Positions 53,539-64,000 of a DNA stretch of 64,000 nt are shown one piece after another. The DNA lies in the NCBI GenBank assembly GCA_951406725.2, contig OX597815.1, forward strand, positions 166,718,001-166,782,000, given 5' to 3'. The translations under genes were made by a program, and so were the position numbers. The notes under the pieces were generated by a model. That model made no database searches. It worked only from the letters and a program-made list of their open reading frames with translations, and was not told the origin of the DNA. How positions within the stretch are numbered: the stretch's first letter is position 1; the number at the start of each line of letters is the position of its first letter. Source of the stretch: Octopus vulgaris. Taxonomy: Eukaryota.

Positions 53539-53775
53539 CGTTTAGCTGGCAATATGCGTTTAGCTGGCAATACGCGTTTAGCTTGGCAATACGCGTTTAG
53601 TTGGCAATACGCATTTAGCTTTGCAATGCGCGTTTAGCTGGCAATACGCGTTTAGCTGGCAATACGCGTTTAGCTGGCAATACGCGTTTAGTTGGCAATA
53701 CGCGTTTAGCTGGCAATACGCGTTTACGCGTTTAGCTTCGCAATGCGCGTTTAGCTGGCAATACACGTTTAGCTG
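53539..53775. repeat. 18-bp minisatellite (cgtttagctggcaatacg), about 13 copies
   Basis: Visible directly. It produces the NAYCQL repeat ORF. Confidence 0.92.
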
Positions 53776-54443
53776 ACATTTGTTTTCAACTAATTTGGAA
53801 ACTCTGAATGCAAAAGTCGCATCGGCTTTCGCTTATCATGACCATGCTTTGTTTCACAGCATATATTTTAATGAATACGTCTTACTAACACTGGTCCATT
53901 TACATATTTGATCATTAGAAATTAGGCTTATTATTTAGTATATTTGGGTAGCTGGTTGTTCTAATGCATTCAATATACTAAAAGCAAAACCAAGCATCTT
54001 AAAAATGGAAAAAAACAATGAACGATGTAGCACAAGAATTGAAATGGGTAAAGTGCAAACATCTTTCATCATACACTTGTTGGATCAAGGCTGGACTTAC
54101 CGTTCGGTATGTTTTCTGGTCTCTCTTTTTCCTTTTTCTATTCAAGAAAGTAATGTACATAAGAAAGAAGTGTTTATATTAATTAATGTGATGTTGCATG
54201 TGGCTAAGGTCTATTTCTACAGAAGAGTATATTTTTGAAATAAAATGCTCTCAACACAACGGTATGTGTGTGGTGTGTGCGTGTATGTGCGTGTGTGCGC
54301 ATGTGTATGTTTGTGTGTGTGTGTGTGATGACAGTCTCCCCCGCTGGTTTCGATCTCAAAGGATCCAAAAACCTATATGGTTTAATCCGCTTCGATGTCT
54401 GAGTTGGGTAAGCCATTTTCGTCCCGCCAAGGATTAGATCGTT

Positions 54444-54862
54444 TATGTATGTATGTATGTATGTATGTATGTATGTATGTATGTATGTATGTATGTATGT
54501 ATGTATGTATGTATGTATGTATGTATGTATGTATGTATGTATGTATGTATGTATGTATGTATGTATGTATGTATGTATGTATGTATGTATGTATGTATGT
54601 ATGTATGTATGTATGTATGTATGTATGTATGTATGTATGTATGTATGTATGTATGTATGTATGTATGTATGTATGTATGTATGTATGTATGTATGTATGT
54701 ATGTATGTATGTATGTATGTATGTATGTATGTATGTATGTATGTATGTATGTATGTATGTATGTATGTATGTATGTATGTATGTATGTATGTATGTATGT
54801 ATGTATGTATGTATGTATGTATGTATGTATGTATGTATGTATGTATGTATGTATGTATGTAT
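54444..54862. repeat. Very long perfect (TATG)n, about 105 units
   Basis: Visible directly. Confidence 0.95.
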
Positions 54863-54879
54863 TTATTTGCCACAAGAAA

Positions 54880-56058
54880 ATTTAAATAATAGAAAATGTC
54901 TTTATTCTATGTGTTCCCCTTCTTTCTCAATAACTGCCTTCACACGCTTCCGGAAACTTGCACAAGTGTTCCTCAAATATTCGGAAGACAACTTCTCCCA
55001 TTCTTCTTTAATAGTATCTTTAAGAGACTCGACTGTGTGATGTTCTATTGGTAGCATGTTCTAAAACGCCCTAAATAGCATAATCCAGAAGATTTAGATC
55101 TGGGCTAGAAGGCGGCCATAAAACATGATTAAAAAAATTGCTAAAGTTGGATTTGCAGAAATCTTGTATTTTTCTAGCTGTGTCGGCTGGAGCACCATCC
55201 TGTGTCCATACATAATTACCATCTATGTAGTTTGCTTTAAGCCATGGCAATAATTGGTATCTCAGAGTCTTATAGTAAGTATTAACATTGATCTTTTCAT
55301 CAGCTTTGTAGAATTTTATAGGCATTTTCTTTCCATCGGAAGCCACAACACCAAAAGCCATAACTTGAGCAGGATGTTTTGTTTTGAATGTTCCCTTAAC
55401 CTCAGCTGTCGATTTTGCAATAAATCTGTCATTTCTGCGGTTCAGAACAGCATCGACAGTGAAGATCTTTTCATCTGAAAAGATTGTTACAATGGAGGAC
55501 TTTTTCTGGAACCATGTAATAATTTTCTTGCACCTTTCCAATTTCTTTTCCTTCATAGCTGTTATCAACAAGTGCTTTGGTGTTTTTGTGTAAGATTTTA
55601 ACCTCAAATTATATTTTACTGCATTTCTAATGGTCATGTTGTCTACCTCAAGTTCAGTTGCCATTTTTCGCTAGGATTTGGTTGGATCCTTTAGGATTTT
55701 GGATTTGAGAGCTTTAATAAAAGCTTTGGTACGTTTTTTGTTGATTACTCCATTCCAAACTTCCTCGTAATAGTTTTGCTCATAGTTATTCTATTCTTTA
55801 CATTATAAACAGTCTTTATGGACACTCCAACTATTCTTGAAATCTCCTTTGGTGTGACGAGTGCATTCAGCAAGTCACACACTCTTTGACTTTTGCTTTC
55901 CTGATTACTCATATGGGCAAAAGTTTCTGAAAAGGTAATGATAATAGTGTTAGGTATGATTATGACATCAATATATGCTAGGTTTCAAAACAATTGATTT
56001 AGTGTCTGCTGAGAAAAAACAACTTAACGTTCATTGTAAATTTTGCTTCCCCACCCTG
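54880..56058 (-). mobile_element. Tc1/mariner DD37D (maT-type) transposon, decayed, with one TIR
   Basis: ORF 55071-55664 has FSDEKIF, QDGAP and WPPSSPDLNLLD, with 37 residues between the 2nd and 3rd Asp. The 5' TIR is cagggtggggaagcaaaatttac. There are frameshifts upstream and a premature stop. Confidence 0.9.
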
Positions 56059-56149
56059 TGTGTCTTATATTTCTTGAGTTTGTTGCACTGATGAACATGA
56101 AATGCATATTCTGCATTAAATGCGAAGTCACATGTGATATGTAACTGAA

Positions 56150-56363
56150 TTCTTTTTTAAAATGATTGGTTTTGAAGTTTTGCATTCGGTAAAATTTTGT
56201 TTATTTTTAGTAGTTTTGACCGCATTGGTCCCTCTTAGCGTGTTGGTATCTACGAATAGTAGTACCCTATTCCTTTTTAAAATGATGTGTTTTGAAGTTT
56301 TGCATTCGGTAAAATTTTGTCTATTTTTATAGTTTTGACCGCATTGGTCCCTCTTAGCGTGTT

Positions 56364-56368
<5 letters not shown>
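56150..56368. repeat. ~100-bp direct repeat with 120-bp period, abutting (TA)n
   Basis: ...gttttgaagttttgcattcggtaaaattttgt...gaccgcattggtccctcttagcgtgttggtat occurs twice. Confidence 0.9.
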
Positions 56369-56435
<67 letters not shown>

Positions 56436-57366
56436 GTGTGTGTGTGTGTGTGTGTGTATAATTCATTATTAGCGACGGAAGCTGTATTAATTCAAAATTA
56501 GCGATCTGTATACATAAAGTGTGTACACTATTGAAAGTCTTCTAAACTGCGATATTCGTCTTGAGCAAGTATCTTTTATATACATGAAGTGTTGTAAGGC
56601 AGAGAAAAATATCATTACTAGATGAAAACAGCTGCCAGCACGTATTGGAATTGCTAGATCTAGATTTCTGAAATTTTGCCCCGCCTGCAGGCTAAATACA
56701 ACATTAGTAATCTTAACATTCATTGTTTAGCCATATCAGCTAGCAGCCAAAGTTCGCTTGGCATATAGTAATGTGAATATTTGTTACTGAAGAAGCAACC
56801 AAGCAGATTTATAGATCTGGTACATCCACATTCAATACTGTCAAATACACACTCTGAATATTTACACGGTTCATTCCAGAAACTTTTAGATTTTTTTTTA
56901 GAAGCAGTTATAACTGTCCCACACTGTTGTAATTTTACTATATCACTCGTATATATCTAATAAGCTGACATGTCAACTTCTGTTATTCCTCTTCCTCCAA
57001 GTCTTCCTCCTCCTCTCTGCCGTCCTTGAACCACTGAAATGCCAACTTTTAAAACCGAAAATTATCCAAAAACTAGTGGGTTCATTTACTCGCTAAACTA
57101 AAATCAGAAACCAATTGGTCCAGGAAACCTGATGGTAAAATGTTTCTATTTTTCATTTCGTCCTGTCGAATTTTATCCCAAATTTTTGTGGTTATAGAAC
57201 CTAGCTGTTCTTTCTAGCGTGTTGACTCCTATGAGTGGATTTCTCATGTGTTTAAATGTACACTGTACCTTATGACTAATATATAGACTTTTGGACTAAA
57301 TTTTTACACGTTAGACCACTGGAAATATAAATTTTAATTAATCTCCATTTCCCTTTGATATGATTA

Positions 57367-57398
<32 letters not shown>

Positions 57399-57399
<1 letters not shown>

Positions 57400-57780
57400 T
57401 TACACAAATGCTAGAACTGGGCGCCACTGCATAGTGCCAAGGACTCCAAATTTGCCATCAAGATGTAGGACAAGATACTGTGATAGCCTGGGCTTCAGAG
57501 GCCCACAGCTCTTCAATATCCTTCCGAAGAACCCGAGGGACCTGCATGGGGTGGATGCAGATGTCTTTAAAATAAAACTGGATCTCTTCCTGTCAGGTGT
57601 CCCAAATTAACCAACTTCAAGGCAGGAGGTGCAGATGAGGGCAGCTGCATCGAACTCTCTCATGCAGCAAATGGCAATTGCTAAAAAGCATTCGTGAAGT
57701 AAAATCATGTAGCAACACCAAATAGCAGTGCCCCAGCATGGCCACAGCTCGTGAGCTGAAACTAGAATAAAAATAAATAA
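57399..57780 (+). pseudogene. 5'-truncated CR1/L2-group LINE (ORF2 C-terminus and 3'UTR)
   Basis: SLGFRGPQLFNILPKNPRDLHGVDADVFKIKLDLFLSGVP..RAAASNSL, a 3' stem-loop and an A-rich tail. Confidence 0.8.
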
Positions 57781-57788
57781 ATATATAC

Positions 57789-57827
<39 letters not shown>

Positions 57828-58045
57828 AAAAAGGAGATGTGGAACACGAGTTGTGATATATAAAAAAAGGAAATGAAGAAAATGCTGACAAAATAATTAA
57901 AGTAAGGGAGAGTGTATTTGATTAGGTGAAAGTTCTTTTTACCGGTTGCGCATTTGTTATGCTTATCAAAAGATATTTTTTTAAGAGAGATAGAGTTCCT
58001 TTCTGATAGATTTTTTTCTATATATATATATATATATATATATAG

Positions 58046-58462
58046 ACAAAGTCAAATGCGATACAATAAAATTAATTATTATCGCCGGTGTTCTAGGACA
58101 AGCCATATATTATTCATATATAAATACATTAAAAGGCGAAGTGTGTACTAGATACACAAAAGCTGGATAAATTTAATGAGATGAAATTAAAAAACTTTTA
58201 CAAACTTAGTTCTTCTTATACTGCAGTTTCGCCTATTTCAGCAATAAAAATAATATTTATTTACTCAGGTAGGCTCTTCAGTAAGATTCCTGTTATTATG
58301 GGAAGCGCACATCAATAGAGGCACGTGCGTCTATTGAATTGCTCTTTCTAAACTATTCAAATCACTGCGCAGACTCAGAACGTACCCGACAAAATAGGGT
58401 TTTCTGGTATATCGTCTAACGCTCAAAAATTTATCGAGAAAATACGTAAACAAAGTCAAATG

Positions 58463-58467
<5 letters not shown>
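58046..58467 (-). mobile_element. Retrozyme-like unit (404-nt period) with 18-bp terminal redundancy, inserted in (TA)n
   Basis: acaaagtcaaatgcgata at 58046-58063 and 58450-58467, a central hammerhead, and no meaningful ORF. Confidence 0.7.
58214..58286 (-). ncRNA. Type I hammerhead ribozyme (canonical core)
   Basis: UCUUA-CUGAAGA-GCCUA...UAGGC-GAAA-C-UGCA-GUA^UAAGA, with G10.1-C11.1 and palindromic ACUGCAGU helix III. Confidence 0.88.
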
Positions 58468-58544
<77 letters not shown>

Positions 58545-58724
58545 GTATGTATGTAAATAAATAAGTTTTCATGTTTACAGACGTCCGCATACGTGATTAT
58601 ACACATGTGAAAGGTTATATTGGCTATTACGGAAAATTCTATGAAGAGAAAACATTCATAAAAAAAAAACAAGTCGGTATAGAAACAATACTATAATAAC
58701 GACCGTTATAAAGTAGCTGCTGCT

Positions 58725-58930
58725 GCTGATGGTGGCGATGGTGGTGGTGGTGATAAGGATGAACATTATCATTATCGTCGTCGTTATCTTCAGAATCTTC
58801 CTCATCGTCGTCGTCATTGTCAACTTCATCTTCGTCATCATCATCGACAACATCATTGCCATCGTTACCGTCGTCAATGTCATCCTCGTCATCATCTTCA
58901 TCATTATTTCAAACCTAAAGACGACGACGT
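58725..58930. repeat. Cryptic (GGT)/(ATC)/(GTC) trinucleotide tract
   Basis: Visible directly. Confidence 0.8.
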
Positions 58931-58944
58931 TGATTCTAATATAT

Positions 58945-59145
58945 ATTTCTTTACTACCCACAAGGGGCTAAACACAGAGAGGACAAACGAGGACAGACAA
59001 ACGGATTAAGTCAATTACATCGACCCCCCAGTGCGTAACTGGTACTTAATTTATCGACCACGAAAGGATTAGAGGCAAAGTTGACATCGGCGGAATTTCA
59101 GCTCAGAACGTTGCGGCAGACGAAATACGGCTACGCATTTCATCC
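58945..59145 (-). mobile_element. SINE family M copy (gtttgtcc-type tail)
   Basis: cccacaaggggctaaacacagagaggacaaac...ggcaaagttgacatcggcggaattt. Confidence 0.88.
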
Positions 59146-59565
59146 GAGAAAACAGCCATGCCTATAAATATATTTACACACGCATCTACACACACACACA
59201 CAATGTTTATCTCGGTGTATATTGTTTGAGAAAACACGCATTCATAAACAGAGAGGAAACAAACTCAAACATGACTATTTACGCGAATACACAGTGACCT
59301 TTTGACTTTGACACCCACGCAACTCATTTTGAATGCAGTACATATTAGACGCACATACACACACATACATACTCAGAAAGAACAGGAATACGGATGTGCA
59401 TAAGTTAAAGTAGACAAACGTAAACATGAACTCGCATAAACTCACACAAACAACTTCGCATTCAGTTATATGTTCCTACACAAAGTCGCTACCACACACA
59501 CACACACACACATAATACAACGTATGTGTATATTATACATATATGCCATATGTATATTATGTATA

Positions 59566-59606
<41 letters not shown>

Positions 59607-59784
59607 GTTTATATATATATGTATGTATGTATGTATATATATATATATATATAATCCGCAATCATGCAATCATGCATATATATATATATATATAAACACA
59701 CATATATGTAACATGTATTATAAATATATATGTATATATAATAACAATCATGCATGTATATATATATATATATATATATACAAA

Positions 59785-59918
59785 TACGACGGGCTTCTTT
59801 CAATTTCCTCGACCAAATCTACTCATGAGGCCTTGGTCGGCCTGAGGCTATAGAAGACACTTGCCCATGGTCGACCTTGGGTAAGTGTCTTCTACTCTCT
59901 TACCACACAGCCATGCCT
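59785..59918 (-). mobile_element. SINE family C 5' half, rearranged
   Basis: cgacgggcttctttca..gaagacacttgccca..taccacacagcca. Confidence 0.7.
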
Positions 59919-60309
59919 ACGTAAATTTGACAAATCTAAAGAGTTAATAAAAATAAGTCACAATTTTTTCTTTTACCAAGTACCACAAAGTCATGCATGC
60001 GTAAGCGCACTCATACATATAACTACATGTGCATATACACATACACACTCTCACATATATATGTGAATCAAAATGTAACACAAAACATCAGGACTTATAA
60101 ACTCCATCTCCCATATTGAAGTGGTTCAATATGTATTTGCGTCACTCTGTTACTTCCTTTCACTTCCGGTGCGGAAAACTTTCGTCACTTAGCTTCTTGA
60201 AGTTGCCCTCCTTTTAATCTGTCATCTTTATTTTGCTCTCTTTCCACTGGTGCGGCCTGTAGACTTAAACAGAGTGAAGATCTGGGCAAGTGGAATGTAG
60301 AGACGAGAT

Positions 60310-60349
<40 letters not shown>

Positions 60350-60733
60350 GAGAGGGATGGAGAGAGAGAGTAAGAAAGAAAGTAAAGAAAATACAAAGAG
60401 GTGAGGGTAAAAGTGAATTGAAATTGAGCACGAAGAAAATAAGAATATGAAGGACATATACACATATACATTTCTCCTCTCCTCTTCCTCTTCCCTATCC
60501 TTCCCTGTCCATCCGTCTCTTTGTCTGTCTGTCTTTCTTTCTCTTTATATAAGTATGTATAGGCAAATCAAAGTAAAAAGTAAAAACAAGTCCACAAAAA
60601 ACAACAAAAAACTAATCAAAAGAACGTGTGTGTGTATGTGTTTGTTTATGTCAAGTAATACATAAAAACAATTTAACATTAAACTCAAGGATTACTCAAT
60701 GCATTTAAGTAGAATACGTTTATTTAATTATAT

Positions 60734-60775
60734 CAGTCTGACGAAGAGTAGTAGTCTGAAACTTCGAATTCATTG
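60734..60775 (+). ncRNA. Minimal type I hammerhead with one helix III mismatch
   Basis: CAGU-CUGACGA-AGA-GUAGUAG-UCU-GAAA-C-UUCGAA-UUC^AUUG. Confidence 0.55.
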
Positions 60776-60812
60776 TCAGTCCACTACTAACAAAAGTTTC
60801 GTAAATCAATAA

Positions 60813-60844
<32 letters not shown>

Positions 60845-60847
<3 letters not shown>

Positions 60848-61251
60848 CGTTTCTAAATCTCTCTAAAGGAGACTACGGAGACTACGGCGGTACTGGATAT
60901 CAATAGTTATCGAGAAGTTAACATGGCAGTCCAGGAAAATATGGCGAATGCTGCCGTTGATTAGCTCCAAGAAGCCATCGCCTCTAGCTAGCTATGTGAC
61001 ACACAAACCTGTGTCCATTATAACCTTCGAACAGGGGAGGTCAGCAGCTTCCCCTTGCTGGTTTGCTATCCACAGAATAGTTTCGGGGTACTTGCCCCTC
61101 ATCAATGTAGAGTAGCCGAACCCAGTAGGCGTCGCTGCTGCCCGTCTGTTCGAAGGATTATTTACCTAAATTCAGTGGAATACATCCACTGGTTTTCAAA
61201 AATAGAAATATTAACATTCGCTAGAAATGTTAATATTTCTATTTTTGAAAA
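60845..61251 (-). mobile_element. Highly structured ~405-nt retrozyme-like element with a minimal hammerhead at 61070-61110
   Basis: Minus strand: CUACA-UUGAUGA-GGGG-CAAGUA-CCCC-GAAA-C-UA-UUC^UGUGG inside a long rod, with two further hairpins. It lies between (TA)n and (CA)n. Confidence 0.6.
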
Positions 61252-61708
61252 TCACACACACACACACACACACGACAGGATTCAATTTCCGCCTACCTTT
61301 GATCGAACCAAGTCTATAAAATTCAGAGGAGGTTCAGTTACCAGAATTTCTTCCAAACTAATGCCCGCCATGTTCGGTAGATGTTAAGTTTGAACTTCTG
61401 TTAGTCACTGTCAGTAAGTAAAATATGGGTGGAGAAAGAATTCCAGAAGGTTGAAAGTTTGCTGAGATAAACTGGGCGCAGTATTTCGTGAGGCATATGT
61501 AATGGAGTAGCATAAAGGGTGGTAAGTCGTAGGGTATACATAGAGACACTTTGCAAATATCTCGTTCAACGTTACAATGGTTCTTCACGGTATAGACAGC
61601 AAAAGAAAAGGCAATACACAGTATGTATAGGTTTCAGTACTAGTGGCCTGTTGGTGTCTAGTGAAAATTTGCTAACCAGTTGAATATCATTCCTTTAGGT
61701 GCTATATA

Positions 61709-61948
61709 CGAGGGGAAGTAAAAAATTATCCACACTTTCGCTATATCATATCAGCTCAGATCGCACCCCTTCCGACTACCAGCCTAGTTCGCGCCCCTTC
61801 CGATTATCAGCCCAGATCGCGCCCCTTCCGACTACCGTATCTTTGAACCACTCAAAGATGGTTTACGAGGTCATCGATTTCCTACGGATGAAAATATGAC
61901 AGAAGCAGTGCATAAATGGTTGCACGACCAACAGAAAACCTTCTACTG
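61709..61948 (+). mobile_element. Internally deleted mariner relic
   Basis: TA|cgagggg TIR joined to SPD(L/R)APSDYRIFEPLKDGLRGHRFPTDE..VHKWLHDQQKTFY. Confidence 0.8.
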
Positions 61949-63021
61949 GTTCCGCAGTCATCAGGCAGCAAAAACGGCACTGGTATCTGGTACCAGGACA
62001 CAGACAAAATAATTTTTAAAATTTTATTTCCTATTTTATTGACTATTGCAGTCTGCAGGATGTTTTATTCTGCAAAATAACCGTTTCCGTCTGTGCCTCT
62101 TACCCGCACGTGTGTAAGTCAGTCTTTATTTTATTTATATTTTATTTCATTAAAATTTTTTTTTTGGTGCACAAATAAATTAAGCCCACATACTAACTGT
62201 AACGATAATAAGAATACTAAATTTCCAGTCCCTTGAAAAATTGTCTTGCATAAAACCGCTGCGTGATACAAAAAAAGTCAGAGGGCCTCTTATGTAGAAA
62301 ACCCAGTCTTTGAATACAAATTTGGGAATATTATATGAAGATGCTGTGAGATGTTGTCAGAAAACTTCCAATTAATGAAGGAATTAGGTGTCGTGCTCGT
62401 GCGTAAGGAGTTGCTTCATTGACGTGTATAGTGATTTTGTCTGAAATCTCTGGTCAATGAAGCAGTAAACGTCATCTGTGTTTTAATTGCATGTTGAAGA
62501 TACATATGCGTGGAAGGTTAAGGAAGAGCGAAATGTTGTATGATCCGAAATAGATGTGCGTGTTGCTCGAAGTGTTAGTGAACAGGTGGTTTATGTAAAT
62601 TACAAAGTGTGTTGGTGAGGTAGCGGGCGACAAAACAAATCTGAGGCAGCTAGCCTTCACAGAATGTGGGTCAAACAGATTCTTTTCACTGCACTCTACA
62701 GTGATGAGGCCTAAACCGTGAAATTTATGGTCCAAGAGGCAAGAAATTTATACGATTTCGTATGATTTTGTTAAAGTTATCAAAAATAAGGGAACAATGA
62801 TTTGTAGCATTGCAAGTTTCCGGCAATTTTGGTTCTGAGAAAACCATAACTAATGGTCAGATCATAGACGAGAGAGAATGCGAAGTTGAAAATTGTGATT
62901 GTTTAAGACTATTTTTTAGATCTTTATAGTAGTGTAATTAGATATGAAGGAAGCAAATATTGGTAAAAAGGTTGTCATTTTCGGGGATAGGCTGTTATGT
63001 GCTTTCAGAGATTGGGGTGTA

Positions 63022-63190
63022 TCTATTATATAAAATCCGTTCTGTCTATGTGTGTGTGTGTATCTTCTAGGATCTCGGGCATCCTCCATCCGATTGCGCT
63101 TAAATTTAATATGTAAATACTGACGGTATCAGGGCGTGTATAAGTCTTGAAAAAATTACAATGTGAGAATGCGATCGATAAAGTCGTTTT
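63022..63190 (+). mobile_element. Probable non-autonomous Helitron 5' fragment
   Basis: A|TCtattatataaaa..tgtctatgtgtg start resembles 33440. No CTAG end was seen. Confidence 0.45.
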
Positions 63191-63584
63191 TGTCCTGCTT
63201 TTCTTTCGTCAACCTGTACATAACTGCACCTTCCATTTTTTGTTGTTATTGTACTGCTTAAAGGCACGTTTCTTTCCTGCCAAGTTTGCTGTTTAAACCA
63301 TGTTTGTGTTCTCCCAGTCAACAGCATTATCATTACTGGTACTTTAAACTCTTCAGTTGCATATTTGTGCGAATAAAATCGTTTTTCTTTGGAATAGAAA
63401 AAAAGTATATCTTTATTTCTTCTTTTGCCGGTGTCTCAAATTTAGGTAAATCAGTGTTTCTCAAAGGGGAGGCCTATGGGACGGTCGGACAAGTTGTTTT
63501 GAGAAAATTTGGTTTAAATGTTTGCAAACTCAGCTCCGTCCATTGGACGGGGGGCGTTTTGCTCGTTATACATATAAACTGGTA

Positions 63585-63755
63585 TTGCGTCGGTTACAAC
63601 GACGGGGGTTCCAGATGATCCGATCAACAGAACAGCCTGCTCGTAAATTTAAAGGGCAAGTGGCCGAGTACTCCACAGACACGAGTATCCTTAATGTAGT
63701 ACTCAGAGAGATTCAGCGCGATACTGAATGAGACAAGACTGGCTCTGAAATACAA
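63585..63755 (-). mobile_element. SINE family R tail type 1 fragment
   Basis: Reverse complement of 26290-26455 (aacagcctgctcgt, ctccacagacacg). Confidence 0.8.
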
Positions 63756-63839
63756 TTTGCTCGTTTCTGAATATAGAGAAAGATTGAAGCACTTTACAAG
63801 ATAATGAACTTTGTGTGGAGCAGAACGTCTGAGAATGTA

Positions 63840-63955
63840 TTTTATCTTTTATCCTTTGCTTGTTTGAGTCTTTGAAATGCGGCCATGCAGAATCACCCCC
63901 CTCAACGTGTTTAGTCGAACAAATCGAGCCCATTACATATTTTAAAGCCTGGTAC
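63840..63955 (-). mobile_element. SINE family C tail fragment
   Basis: gcttgtttgagtc..gcggccatgc..tttagtcgaacaaatcga..agcctggtac. Confidence 0.7.
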
Positions 63956-64000
63956 GCATACATTACTCATAGACACACTCACACACACACACACACACAC

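Noticed and set aside
53539-53775. Regular repeat as a CRISPR array
   Set aside because: Units are contiguous with no unique spacers, the context is eukaryotic and there are no cas genes.
62472-62735. Minus ORF, possible L2/CR1 C-terminus
   Set aside because: The similarity is too faint to call.

Overview
AT-rich eukaryotic DNA, very dense in microsatellites ((TA)n, (CA)n, (TATG)n, (ATCT)n, (AAT)n, (CCA)n) and tRNA-derived SINEs. This repeat content is typical of an Octopus/coleoid cephalopod genome (inference). I found no intact host protein-coding gene; almost all ORF-track entries are microsatellite translations. Recognisable coding remnants are all transposon-derived: four R4/Dong LINE pieces, one L1/Tx1 3' end, RTE and CR1/L2-type pieces, an internally deleted Tigger/pogo, a DD37D (maT) element and two mariner relics. 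Non-autonomous hAT, Merlin-like, Helitron and HINE elements are also present. The most notable signal is a set of about 10 type I hammerhead-ribozyme motifs (4 with intact cores), most with a short palindromic helix III. They lie in unrelated short non-coding elements that abut (TA)n tracts. Two elements are fold-backs with inverted Penelope-like pseudo-LTRs, and one is a terminally redundant ~404-nt retrozyme-like unit. The window also shows two probable SINE-LINE shared 3' tails and modular SINE shuffling. All structures were read by eye and coordinates are approximate to a few bases.
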